64,000 nucleotides of DNA from an uncultured bacterium (GTDB taxonomy: Bacteria; Chloroflexota; UBA5177; JANWHV01): positions 424,078 to 488,077 of the forward strand of contig CAWHAE010000018.1 of assembly GCA_963827235.1 (NCBI GenBank), given 5' to 3'. The notes below the pieces were generated by a model, which saw nothing but the letters and a program-made list of their open reading frames with translations, had not been told where the DNA came from and searched no databases. The translations under genes and the position numbers were made by a program. Shown here piece after piece: positions 19,976-28,982 of this stretch (position 1 is the first letter of the stretch; every line of letters begins with the position of its first letter).

Positions 19976-20472
19976 GCGATCTGCCGGCATTCCGCGTGGG
20001 CCTGGGATACGACGTGCACCCCTTCGCGGAGAACCGGCCTCTCGTGCTCGGAGGCGTGGAGTTCGCGCACCATCGTGGCCTGTTCGGTCACTCGGATGCC
20101 GACGTGCTGCTCCATGCTATTGCCGACGCTTTGCTGGGCGCGGCAAGTCTGGGAGACATAGGACAGCACTTCCCACCCAGCGATCCGCAGTTCGAGGGCA
20201 TCTCCAGCACGCTCCTGCTGGCTCACGTCGCCGGTATGCTGAAGGCCAAAGGCTGGATCGCGGTCAACGTAGACAGCACGCTGATCGCCGAGCGACCCAA
20301 GATAGCTCCCGAAGCCGACGCCATGCGCGCCAATATCGCCGCCACGCTCGGCATCGGCGTGGATCAGGTCGGCGTCAAGGCCACGACCAACGAGGGCCTG
20401 GGATTTCTGGGCCGCGAGGAAGGAATAGCCGCCATGGCCGTCGCGCTGATTGGTCGGGCAGGCTCCGACTGA
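19972..20472 (+). CDS. ispF: 2-C-methyl-D-erythritol 2,4-cyclodiphosphate synthase
   Basis: GLGYDVH, GHSDADVLLHA..DALLGA..LGDIGQHFP, KATTNEGLGFLGREEG; GTGA overlap with ispD. Confidence 0.96.
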   Translation: MSDLPAFRVGLGYDVHPFAENRPLVLGGVEFAHHRGLFGHSDADVLLHAIADALLGAASLGDIGQHFPPSDPQFEGISSTLLLAHVAGMLKAKGWIAVNVDSTLIAERPKIAPEADAMRANIAATLGIGVDQVGVKATTNEGLGFLGREEGIAAMAVALIGRAGSD

Positions 20473-20478
20473 TGCGGC

Positions 20479-21738
20479 ATGGCTGAAGCCGCGCCATCGC
20501 CTGGTCAAGCGGTACGCCTGTCGCCCGGCTCGCCCACGGCAGACGGGCGCCTCGCTCCGCTACTTCCGGCGGCGGGAATCGGGGCGACTGCAGGCGTCGC
20601 CGCACTTCCACGGCAGCAGGCGACGGAGCCCGCCGCGCCTTCCGAGCCCGGGGATGCCGGCCAGCAGGATCAGGTAGGCGCGGCGGCACACGCGTGTGGC
20701 GTCTCCCGGCCCGGCACAACGGCCATGATGACAGCCGAGCCGGACTGTGCGTCGCAGGCACCGGACGGGAAGCGAGACGCTCGTTCGGCGACCGTGCCTG
20801 GAAGCGGCGGCCAATCCCGGCCGGCACCGCTGATGCTGGCCCTCGGTTTCGCGCTGTTGTGCGCCATCTGGGGCGAGTTTCCGGTAGCCACGAAGGTCGG
20901 CATCACCAACCAGCCTCCCATGCTGGTCGCCGGTCTCCGCTTCACGCTGGCCAGTCTGCTGATGGCCGCGTTCCTTGGCGCGCGCGGCACCCGCTTCTGG
21001 CTGAGCCGCAGAGATCTGCCGGTCGTGACCTTCACCTCTTTGACCATTATCGGCATTCCCGCTGCCGTCTTCTTCTGGGGCGCCCAGTACGCGCAGGTGA
21101 GCGTGCTCAACCTGGTATGGAGCGTGCAGCCGCTGTTTCTGAGCCTGCTGAACATCGGCAATGAGTCGGAGAGCCAGAGCCGGCTGACCGCGGTGGGCAT
21201 GGCAGCCGGCTTCGCGGGTGTCACCCTGGTCATCGTGGGCGGGAGCGGCGTGCAGATGACCGCGATGGCGCTGGTAGCGAACCTCGCCGTGGTGGCCAGC
21301 GCCTTCACCTACTCGCTCGGTTTCCTTCAGGTGCGCGACCGCGCGGCAACCGGCGATCTGTTCGTGCTCACGGCCTGGCAGCTACTCTTCGCCGGTCTGC
21401 TCAACATCGGGCTGAGCCTGGTCTTCGAGCATCGGCTACCGACCGGGCCGGCGCCGGACGCCGTCTTCGCCTTCGCCTTCCTGGTGGTCGGCTGTAGCTG
21501 CGTGGCCTACTGGCTCACCAACTGGCTGGTGCGCCACATGGGCACCGTGCGCACGGGCTACAACGCGTTGCTGACGCCGGCGATCACCGTGTTGCTCGCC
21601 GCTCCGCAGCTCGGCGAGCCCCTCACCGCCAAGAAGCTGATTGGGTTGGTCCTGGTGGTAGCGGGCTTGCTGCTGATCATGCCGCGGGCACATAGGTCCG
21701 TGGCCGGAGAAGCCAGAGCGGTCGGCAGCCCTTCCTGA
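20479..21738 (+). CDS. EamA/DMT family transporter; true start probably downstream (about 20726-20832)
   Basis: Ten TM segments, IWG and LRF motifs, LGEPLTAKKLIGLVLVVAG. First ~115 aa are low-complexity. Confidence 0.85.
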   Translation: MAEAAPSPGQAVRLSPGSPTADGRLAPLLPAAGIGATAGVAALPRQQATEPAAPSEPGDAGQQDQVGAAAHACGVSRPGTTAMMTAEPDCASQAPDGKRDARSATVPGSGGQSRPAPLMLALGFALLCAIWGEFPVATKVGITNQPPMLVAGLRFTLASLLMAAFLGARGTRFWLSRRDLPVVTFTSLTIIGIPAAVFFWGAQYAQVSVLNLVWSVQPLFLSLLNIGNESESQSRLTAVGMAAGFAGVTLVIVGGSGVQMTAMALVANLAVVASAFTYSLGFLQVRDRAATGDLFVLTAWQLLFAGLLNIGLSLVFEHRLPTGPAPDAVFAFAFLVVGCSCVAYWLTNWLVRHMGTVRTGYNALLTPAITVLLAAPQLGEPLTAKKLIGLVLVVAGLLLIMPRAHRSVAGEARAVGSPS

Positions 21739-21935
21739 CGAGCCGTCTCGCCGGATCGCGCGCCACGGTGGGTTGGCATGCCCGTCGCGGCACTGGGGTC
21801 GCGCCGGCAACCGAGCTATCCGGCCGCCGCGAGAAGCTGCTTTGCTCGTGAGGCACCGGCCGGGTAGCCGAGCGTCGAGCCGGATGTTGTCACATGCCGG
21901 GGCTCGCACGGAGGTTGTCGGCCGCGATGTCGCCC

Positions 21936-22937
21936 CTACACTGAAGCGCGCTCGACCAGCGGGCACTGAATGAGCTCCTGGACCGGCGGCTCGACGGCAT
22001 CGCGCGTTTCGTGCTCGACCAGGTACCTTACAGCCCATTGCCCCATCTGGTAGTGCGGTAAGTCCGACGTTGAGAGCGGCGGGCGCAAGTACGGCGCGAT
22101 CACGTCCTCGTTGTCGAATCCGCGCACCGCAACGTCCCCTGGGATTGTCAGACCGAGCTCCTTGAGGGCGTCGTAGGCGCCCATGGCAGTACGGTCGGTG
22201 CCGCAGAAGATGGCCGTGGGCGGGTTCTGCAACTGCATCAGTGCCAGAGTATGGCGATAGCCGCTGTCGGCCATCGTGTTACCGGGCCGGACCAGCTCGG
22301 GATCGAACGGGATGCCGTGCTCCTCGAGAGCCTGCCTATAGCCCTTGAGCCGGCCGACGGCGGCAGGGATGACATGGCCGGCGTTGATGAGGGCAACTCG
22401 GCGGTGGCCCTTACGCAACAGCGTCTCGGTTGCCTCGTGCCCGCCGGCCACCTCGTCCGGCACGATCGACGGCAAGAGCCGATCCTCGCTAAAGCAATTG
22501 ACCAGCACGGCCGGCGCGTCGCCGATCGTGTGCGGCAGCCGCACCCTCTTGTGGTACATCGCCGCGTAGATGATGCCTTCCACGCGGCGCTCGAGCAGTG
22601 CTTCCAGGGCCTGCGCTGTCAGGCTGGCGTTCTTGCCCGCGCTGACGATCAGCAGCAGCTTGCCGTGCAGTGCGGCCTCATACTGCGCGCCCTTGATGAT
22701 ATTGCCCGCATAGGGTGTCGTGGCAACGGTGTCGGTGACAAAACCGATCGTCTGCGACCGCCCCAGGCGCAGACCCTTAGCGGTGATGTCGGGCCGGTAG
22801 CCCAGCTCCTCGATGAGCGCGCGCACCCGCGCGCGCGTTTCCGGTGCCACGCGCGCGTGGCGCTCATTGATCACGTTGGACACGGTCTTGACGGAAACTC
22901 CGGCGCGTTCGGCGATGTCCTTGAGTCGCACGTCCAT
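21936..22937 (-). CDS. LacI family transcriptional regulator
   Basis: LKDIAERAGVSVKTVSNVIN HTH, LGYRP, AIFCGTD, VRGFDN, PPLST. Confidence 0.96.
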   Translation of the reverse strand: MDVRLKDIAERAGVSVKTVSNVINERHARVAPETRARVRALIEELGYRPDITAKGLRLGRSQTIGFVTDTVATTPYAGNIIKGAQYEAALHGKLLLIVSAGKNASLTAQALEALLERRVEGIIYAAMYHKRVRLPHTIGDAPAVLVNCFSEDRLLPSIVPDEVAGGHEATETLLRKGHRRVALINAGHVIPAAVGRLKGYRQALEEHGIPFDPELVRPGNTMADSGYRHTLALMQLQNPPTAIFCGTDRTAMGAYDALKELGLTIPGDVAVRGFDNEDVIAPYLRPPLSTSDLPHYQMGQWAVRYLVEHETRDAVEPPVQELIQCPLVERASV

Positions 22938-23171
22938 ACTGGCACAATCCTCTTGCAGAATCTTTGCCCGGCGCCGTCGCCTGAGCGGCTATTCCCGCCT
23001 CGCTACTCGATGCTCGCCATTGCCGCGTCGTTTCGCGTCCGACTCCGAACGCGAACCCGGCCCCGTGACTTGGCAACAGGCTGTTCCGGAAGCAACTATA
23101 GCGCTCCGGATGGGTCCGCGGTGGAGCAGACCGGTGGCTCCCCCCGGTGCCGGGCCGTTGTCACTTCGCTG

Positions 23172-23200
23172 TTGACAAGCACCACATGGCAGTATACACT
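23172..23200 (+). promoter_or_regulatory. sigma70 promoter of the sugar ABC-GH32 operon
   Basis: TTGACA (23172-23177), 17 bp, TACACT (23195-23200). Confidence 0.8.
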
Positions 23201-23202
23201 AA

Positions 23203-23234
23203 GTCCATCGATGGACCTAGATTCATCGATGGAC
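23203..23234. promoter_or_regulatory. Tandem LacI-type operators
   Basis: Perfect palindrome GTCCATCGATGGAC (23203-23216) and copy ATTCATCGATGGAC (23221-23234); central CG; overlaps the predicted +1. Confidence 0.8.
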
Positions 23235-23442
23235 CTCATAGACGGCATTCCCCGGTTGCCGTGCCTCCGATGCGAGGCGAAGGAGGTGATGCCCGCGGGT
23301 CAGCATGGAGCAGTGCGGCTCGACGATTGCACCTGCCTGGTACTGGCATGTCTCCGCTACGCGGCGTCTACAGCCTGATCGCGACGGGCAGCGTTGCCGC
23401 AAGGAATACGTTGGATAGTATTTCGGTCGAGGTGAACGGAAG

Positions 23443-24870
23443 ATGGGCAACGAGACACAGGACGAATGCACGCGACGCAGCTTTCTGTTTAAGACCGGTA
23501 TCGGTGTCGCAGGGGCGGTAGCCGCCTCTACGGTAGCAGCCGACATTACACGCGCAGCCACACGGCCCCGTGCCGTGGCGCACAGTTCACCGGCCACCAT
23601 CACTGTCGTCGGGCAGTTGGATGCCAACACCAAGCTGTTGACCAGCATGTTCGAGAAACAGCATCCGGACATCAAGCTGAACTACGTCAATGTGCAGGCG
23701 CCCGACTGGGACCAGCTCTTTATCAAGATCCTCACCATGGTGGCGGCCGGCTCGGCGCCCGACGTCATCACCGTCGCCACCGAAGGCGTGCAGGAGTTTG
23801 CTGCCAAGGGCTTGGGCATTCCTCTCGACGACTACGTCAAACGCGATAAGGCTGAAATGGCCGAGTTCTTCGCGGACGTGCATCCCACCCTCGTGGAAGC
23901 CATGATGTATAAGGGCAGCCTCTACTTGCTGCCGACCGACTTCAATGCCGTCGACATGTACTACGATCCCGTGCTGTTCAAGGCAGCCGGTTTCGGGCGG
24001 CCCGCCGACAACTGGACGAAGGACGACTTCTACAAGATTGCAAAGGCCATTACCAAGCAGAGCGGCAACCAGACCAACGTCTTCGGCTACGGCTGGGTGG
24101 TGCGCCTCTGGGGCAGCTGGACTCCCTGGATCCATGTCGCCGGCGGCGACCTCCTGGAGTTTGGGCGTGCTTCTGGTGGAAGCTGGCTGTGGGACACGTT
24201 CTACAAGGGCAACGCCCAAGCGCAGGGGCGCGGTGGCGGCCTGCAGTGGGGCGCACCGACGGCCAACAGCGCCCAGTGCCTGGAGGCATTGCAGTTCATG
24301 CTCGAGCTCGTCAAAGAGGGCATCACCCCCATACCGAACGTCAACGGCGGCGGCGCCCTGCAGGGCTTCTTCGCCAGCAAGAAGCTGGGCATGACCCCAG
24401 CCGGCGGCTTTTGGGCCGGCGGCCTGCACAGCGCCGGGATGGCCGGCAATCTCTACGACGTGCAGTACTTCCCCGCCTGGAACGGCCAGCGCACCCACTT
24501 CGGCACGGCGGGCAAGATGATCCTCAAGAGCAGCAGCAACAAGGACGCGGCCTGGGAGTACTGCAAGTTCTTCGCCAGCAAGGCGGCCATGGAGATCGAG
24601 CTGGCCGGCAACAACTCGACTCCCACTCGGAAGTCCATGATGACCGCCCAGCGCTACGCTCCCACGGGTCCGGCCCATTGGCCGGTCTTCTACGCCACGC
24701 TCGACCGCAGCGGTACCCGGGCCATGCCTGCCCCTACCTACTACAACGCAGAAGCGAATATCTTGGACAAGTACACCACCTTGGCCATCGGCGGCAGCTC
24801 GTCTCCGAAGGATGCATTGGACGGCATGCAGCGCGAGCTCGAGCATCAGTACGCGTTGGCTCCGAAGTGA
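23443..24870 (+). CDS. Sugar ABC transporter substrate-binding protein with Tat signal
   Basis: TRRSFLFK twin-arginine motif; FEKQHPDIK, GSAPDV, WTKDDF..IAK, KDAAWEYCKF (CUT1 family). Confidence 0.92.
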   Translation: MGNETQDECTRRSFLFKTGIGVAGAVAASTVAADITRAATRPRAVAHSSPATITVVGQLDANTKLLTSMFEKQHPDIKLNYVNVQAPDWDQLFIKILTMVAAGSAPDVITVATEGVQEFAAKGLGIPLDDYVKRDKAEMAEFFADVHPTLVEAMMYKGSLYLLPTDFNAVDMYYDPVLFKAAGFGRPADNWTKDDFYKIAKAITKQSGNQTNVFGYGWVVRLWGSWTPWIHVAGGDLLEFGRASGGSWLWDTFYKGNAQAQGRGGGLQWGAPTANSAQCLEALQFMLELVKEGITPIPNVNGGGALQGFFASKKLGMTPAGGFWAGGLHSAGMAGNLYDVQYFPAWNGQRTHFGTAGKMILKSSSNKDAAWEYCKFFASKAAMEIELAGNNSTPTRKSMMTAQRYAPTGPAHWPVFYATLDRSGTRAMPAPTYYNAEANILDKYTTLAIGGSSSPKDALDGMQRELEHQYALAPK

Positions 24871-25026
24871 TACCCGCGCTCTGCGTGGTTCGCATTACCG
24901 GGCCGTGCTGAGTGTCTCTACTGAAGCCAGGATGGAATCTGCCTGCGCCACTGGAGAGACCTAGAGGCCAGTCCCTACGGGTTCCTCCATGGTCTGCGGA
25001 TCTCACCACGGCCTCACGTTCGGTCG

Positions 25027-25061
25027 GCAGGCATCGTATGGGCTTCCCGTACGATGCCTGC
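25027..25061 (+). terminator. Intercistronic stem-loop after the SBP gene
   Basis: 16-bp stem GCAGGCATCGTATGGG/CCCGTACGATGCCTGC (one G-U), 3-nt loop, no U-tract. Confidence 0.65.
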
Positions 25062-25197
25062 GCCAACCGGCCCACGTGGTACGCCGCCATGCATGTCCAG
25101 GTGTCGCTGCGCAGCGAGGCACGCGCTGGTGTTTGCCGGCCGCGGGCGATGACTGCCGTAGGCGCGGCAACGGGTTGGGTCCTGGAGGACAGATCAA

Positions 25198-26151
25198 ATG
25201 CAGCAGACAGCATGGGCACAGCCTAAGGCACGCGGAGGGCTCACGGGCTGGCTGACCGAAACCTCCCACCGGGGCATGGCCCGGCGGAAGGCCTTGATGG
25301 CGTACCTGTTCTTGTTTCCCACCGTACTCGGCATCGTGGTATTCACCGCCGGTCCCGTGCTGGTGTCCCTCGGCCTGAGCTTCTACAGCTGGGACGTGAT
25401 CTCCTCACCGACCTTCGTCGGCTGGACCAACTACCAGACCTTCGTCAACGACCCGCAAGGCTTCCTCAGTTTCGAGAACACCTTCCAGTATGTGGTGTTG
25501 GACGTCACCCTGCAGATCGTGGTGGGGTTGGCACTGGCGCTCCTGATGCAGCAACGCATGGCGAGGTGGCTGCGCACGCTGTTTCGTAGCATCTTCTTCT
25601 TGCCCTTGGTCGCCTCCGGGGTGATCACGACCATCATGATGGCCTACCTCTTCAACAAAGACCTGGGGCTGATCGACTACTATCTCGGCCTGATCGGACT
25701 GCCCCATGTCCCATGGCTCAGCTCCACGCACTGGGCCATGATCGCCGTGGTGCTCACGTCCGTCTGGCAACAGATGGGCTTCACCTTCCTCATCTTCGTC
25801 GGCGGGTTGGCCAGCATCTCGAAGGAGGTTCTCGAGGCCGCCGACGTGGATGGCTCCAGCGGCTGGCACCGCCTGTTGCACATAACCTTGCCGATGGTGA
25901 GTCCCTCGATACTCCTGGTCGCCGTGATCGGCATCATCAACGCCCTGCAGGTCTTCACCGAACCGCAGGTGCTGACCGACGGCGGACCGGGCGATGCCAC
26001 GCGCACCGTGGTGATGATCATCTACGAGGCGGCGTTCCAGAACCTGCAGATCGGTTATGGCTCTGCCATCGCGGTATTGCTCTTCGCGGTAATCATGGTG
26101 GTCACCGCGGCGCAGTTCTGGCTCAGCAGACACTGGGTGTTCTATCAGTGA
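25198..26151 (+). CDS. Carbohydrate ABC transporter permease (MalF-like)
   Basis: FVGWTNY, RSIFFLP, EAADVDGSS EAA loop, six TMs. Confidence 0.95.
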   Translation: MQQTAWAQPKARGGLTGWLTETSHRGMARRKALMAYLFLFPTVLGIVVFTAGPVLVSLGLSFYSWDVISSPTFVGWTNYQTFVNDPQGFLSFENTFQYVVLDVTLQIVVGLALALLMQQRMARWLRTLFRSIFFLPLVASGVITTIMMAYLFNKDLGLIDYYLGLIGLPHVPWLSSTHWAMIAVVLTSVWQQMGFTFLIFVGGLASISKEVLEAADVDGSSGWHRLLHITLPMVSPSILLVAVIGIINALQVFTEPQVLTDGGPGDATRTVVMIIYEAAFQNLQIGYGSAIAVLLFAVIMVVTAAQFWLSRHWVFYQ

Positions 26152-26224
26152 GGCGAGCAGCAGCGCCGCACCGGCAGATGCAACGGGGTCGATGCGGTTC
26201 GAGAAGGGATGCAGGGACTGAATC

Positions 26225-27109
26225 ATGTTAGCTACCCCGGTTGTCTGGCGCAAGACCACCTCGCGCGAGACGCGGTGGCAACACTACCGCAAGCTCGCGC
26301 TGCGAACGCTTGGCTTCCTGCCGCTGATTATTGTGTCCATCATCATCCTCGGGCCGATGCTCTGGACGGTGAGTTCCTCGCTGCGTCCGGCCGCTCAGTC
26401 GTTCACCCTGCCCCCGCAGTGGTTTCCCGTGCGCCCGGAATGGAGCAACTACGGGGACGTGTTCTCGACCATTCCCTACGGGACGTACGTGGCCAACAGC
26501 GTCATCGTCAGCGTGTCCGTCGTCGTCGGACAATTGGTTACGGCCACCCTTGCCGGCTACGCATTCGGCAGGCTGCGCTTCCCCGGCAGGAATATCCTGT
26601 TCTGGCTGGTCATGGCCACCATGATGATCCCGTTGCAAGCCACGATCATTCCCGTCTTCGTGTTCATCAGCAAGCTCCACCTCAACGATACGCTCTGGTC
26701 GCTCATTCTGCCCGCCTGGCCGACGGCCTTCGGCACGTTCTTGCTGCGACAGTACTTCATGACGTTGCCCGACGATTTCGAAGAAGCGGCGGTGATCGAC
26801 GGAGCAAGTCAGTGGACGGTCTTCGCGCGCATCTACCTGCCGCTTGTCACGCCTGCCATGGCCATTCTCGCCGTGCTGACCTTCAATGGCACCTGGAACG
26901 ATTTCTTCCGGCCATTGATCTTTCTCTCGGACCAGCAGCACTATACCGTTCCCCTCGGCATTGAGGCGCTGTTCGGCTACCTGTCCACCGGGAGCATAGC
27001 GACGGTGCTCGCCGGCGTCGTGCTCTCCGTAGTCATCGTGATGGCGGTCTATGTCGTCGGCCAGCGCTACCTGATCGAGGGACTCACACTTGGCGGTGTC
27101 AAGACCTGA
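26225..27109 (+). CDS. Carbohydrate ABC transporter permease (MalG-like)
   Basis: AGYAFGRLRFPGR, FLLRQYF, EEAAVIDGAS, WNDFFRPLI. Confidence 0.95.
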   Translation: MLATPVVWRKTTSRETRWQHYRKLALRTLGFLPLIIVSIIILGPMLWTVSSSLRPAAQSFTLPPQWFPVRPEWSNYGDVFSTIPYGTYVANSVIVSVSVVVGQLVTATLAGYAFGRLRFPGRNILFWLVMATMMIPLQATIIPVFVFISKLHLNDTLWSLILPAWPTAFGTFLLRQYFMTLPDDFEEAAVIDGASQWTVFARIYLPLVTPAMAILAVLTFNGTWNDFFRPLIFLSDQQHYTVPLGIEALFGYLSTGSIATVLAGVVLSVVIVMAVYVVGQRYLIEGLTLGGVKT

Positions 27110-27212
27110 CGCTAACTCACGCGGCCGGCCAAGCGCATCATGTGCCGGTTCTCACCGGGCTGCTCCCTGTTGTTCCGCCGGGCAGGCGCGCAAGTCGACA
27201 TAGCGAGGACCT

Positions 27213-28649
27213 ATGCCTGAACATCGTCCGCTTTATCACTTCCGCCCAGCAGCCAACTGGATCAACGATCCGAACGGGCTGATTCAGTGGAAGGGCCAAT
27301 ACCACCTGTTCTACCAGCATAACCCGGCCCGCCCCTTTCACGGCGTCATCCATTGGGGGCACGCGGTCAGCTCCGATCTGGTGCATTGGCGGCAGCTGCC
27401 GCTGGCGCTCTCGCCGACGTCCGGTGGCCCTGACGAATCCGGCTGCTGGTCCGGCTGCGCTGTGGACAACGACGGTATTCCTACGCTCATGTATACGGGC
27501 GTGCGCAAGGTCGGGGATTACGTGCAGACTCAGTGTCTCGCCACCGGCGACGACGATCTGCTCACCTGGCACAAGCACCCGGCTAATCCGGTCATCGCCG
27601 AGCCCCCGCCCGATCTGGACCTCATCGCCTTCCGCGATCCGTACGTGTGGAAGAAGGGGGCTCTTTGGCAGTGTGTGATCGGCACGGGCATCAAAGATCA
27701 CGGGGGAGCTCTGCTCCTCTACTCCTCTGCGGACCTGGAGCACTGGACATTCGAGAGAGTGCTCTTCAGTCGCTCAGCCCTTGAGCGAGAGCCCGTTTGG
27801 ACCGGCGCCGTCTGGGAATGCCCCCAGTTCTTCCGCCTTGGCGGCTCCCAGGTGCTGATCATGTCGATCTGGGACGAGCAGAAGCTCAACTATCCCGTCT
27901 ATGCTATCGGAACCTACGATGACCAGACCTTCGCGGCGGACACTCTGTGCCGGCTCGACCTGGGCCCTGAGTACTACGCGCCTGCGACGTGCCTTGACGA
28001 ACGCGGCCGCCGTCTTGTCTGGGGCTGGATCTGGGAAGCGCGATCGCAATCGTCTCAGCGCGCTGCGGGATGGGCAGGCGTGATGTCATTGCCCAGGGTA
28101 TTGACGCTGCATCCGGACAACACGCTGGGTATAGCGCCCGCACCTGAGCTGCAGTCGCTACGCGGGTCCCGCGACCGACGCACGAACCTCACAGTTGCCC
28201 CGGGCAGCTCGAGCCTTCTCGAAGGCATCCAGGGTGACGCGCTGGAGATACTGGTCGAGGTAGACCTGGCAGCTACCGACGCCACGGAGATTGGTCTACT
28301 GCTCCGATGCTCGCCGGATATGGAGGAATGCACCCGAGTCGTGTACAACCGTCTCGACCGCAGCATTCATGTGGATCGGGAGCATGCCAGCCGGGATCCC
28401 AATGCCTGGCGCGGCGTGCACGGCGGCGTTTGCCCCGCCGCCACGGATAGCGTGCTGAAGCTCCGCGTCTTCCTCGATCGGTCGGTGCTGGAGGTCTTCG
28501 TCGACGACCGGACCTGCCTGACCGCGCGGATCTATCCTGTGCGGCCCGACAGCATGGGAGTCGGGCTCTTCTCCTGTCAGGGATCGCTGTGCATATCGAC
28601 GCTCGATACCTGGTGGATGCAACCGAGCCCCGTCGACGCAGGGAGCTAG
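27213..28649 (+). CDS. Glycoside hydrolase family 32 (beta-fructofuranosidase/invertase-like), cytoplasmic
   Basis: WINDPNG, WSGCA, FRDP and WECP catalytic motifs; C-terminal DRSVLEVF beta-sandwich; no signal peptide. Confidence 0.96.
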   Translation: MPEHRPLYHFRPAANWINDPNGLIQWKGQYHLFYQHNPARPFHGVIHWGHAVSSDLVHWRQLPLALSPTSGGPDESGCWSGCAVDNDGIPTLMYTGVRKVGDYVQTQCLATGDDDLLTWHKHPANPVIAEPPPDLDLIAFRDPYVWKKGALWQCVIGTGIKDHGGALLLYSSADLEHWTFERVLFSRSALEREPVWTGAVWECPQFFRLGGSQVLIMSIWDEQKLNYPVYAIGTYDDQTFAADTLCRLDLGPEYYAPATCLDERGRRLVWGWIWEARSQSSQRAAGWAGVMSLPRVLTLHPDNTLGIAPAPELQSLRGSRDRRTNLTVAPGSSSLLEGIQGDALEILVEVDLAATDATEIGLLLRCSPDMEECTRVVYNRLDRSIHVDREHASRDPNAWRGVHGGVCPAATDSVLKLRVFLDRSVLEVFVDDRTCLTARIYPVRPDSMGVGLFSCQGSLCISTLDTWWMQPSPVDAGS

Positions 28650-28982
28650 CACGGCACGCCCTGACAATTGTCCATGGTTTTCCGGCCGCCAGCCGAACAC
28701 GCCGGGCGGCGGCTGCTCCCCGCGGCGCGCACAGAGAGCGTGACCATGCGTGGCACGCTCGCCCGCCGGACTACCGGGCTCGCGGAGCCGTGCGCCAAGC
28801 TGTCGCCGCGGCGCGTCGGAGGCGCCTAACGCACGGCGCCGCCAAGGAGTCCGGTCACCAGGCGCTTCTTCGAAATGGTCGCCTTTGAGAACTCTCCTGC
28901 TTTTCGCGACACGCACGTCCTACCACGTTGACTCTGCGCCGACCTGCTCCCGCCCCGATCCGTGGCGCCGGCGGACGGATGG

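Noticed and set aside
23289-23378. 29-aa Cys-rich leader peptide (MPAGQHG...CTCLVLAC...)
   Set aside because: The ATG is only 2 nt from GGAGG, too close for efficient initiation; kept only as an alternative explanation for the orphan SD.
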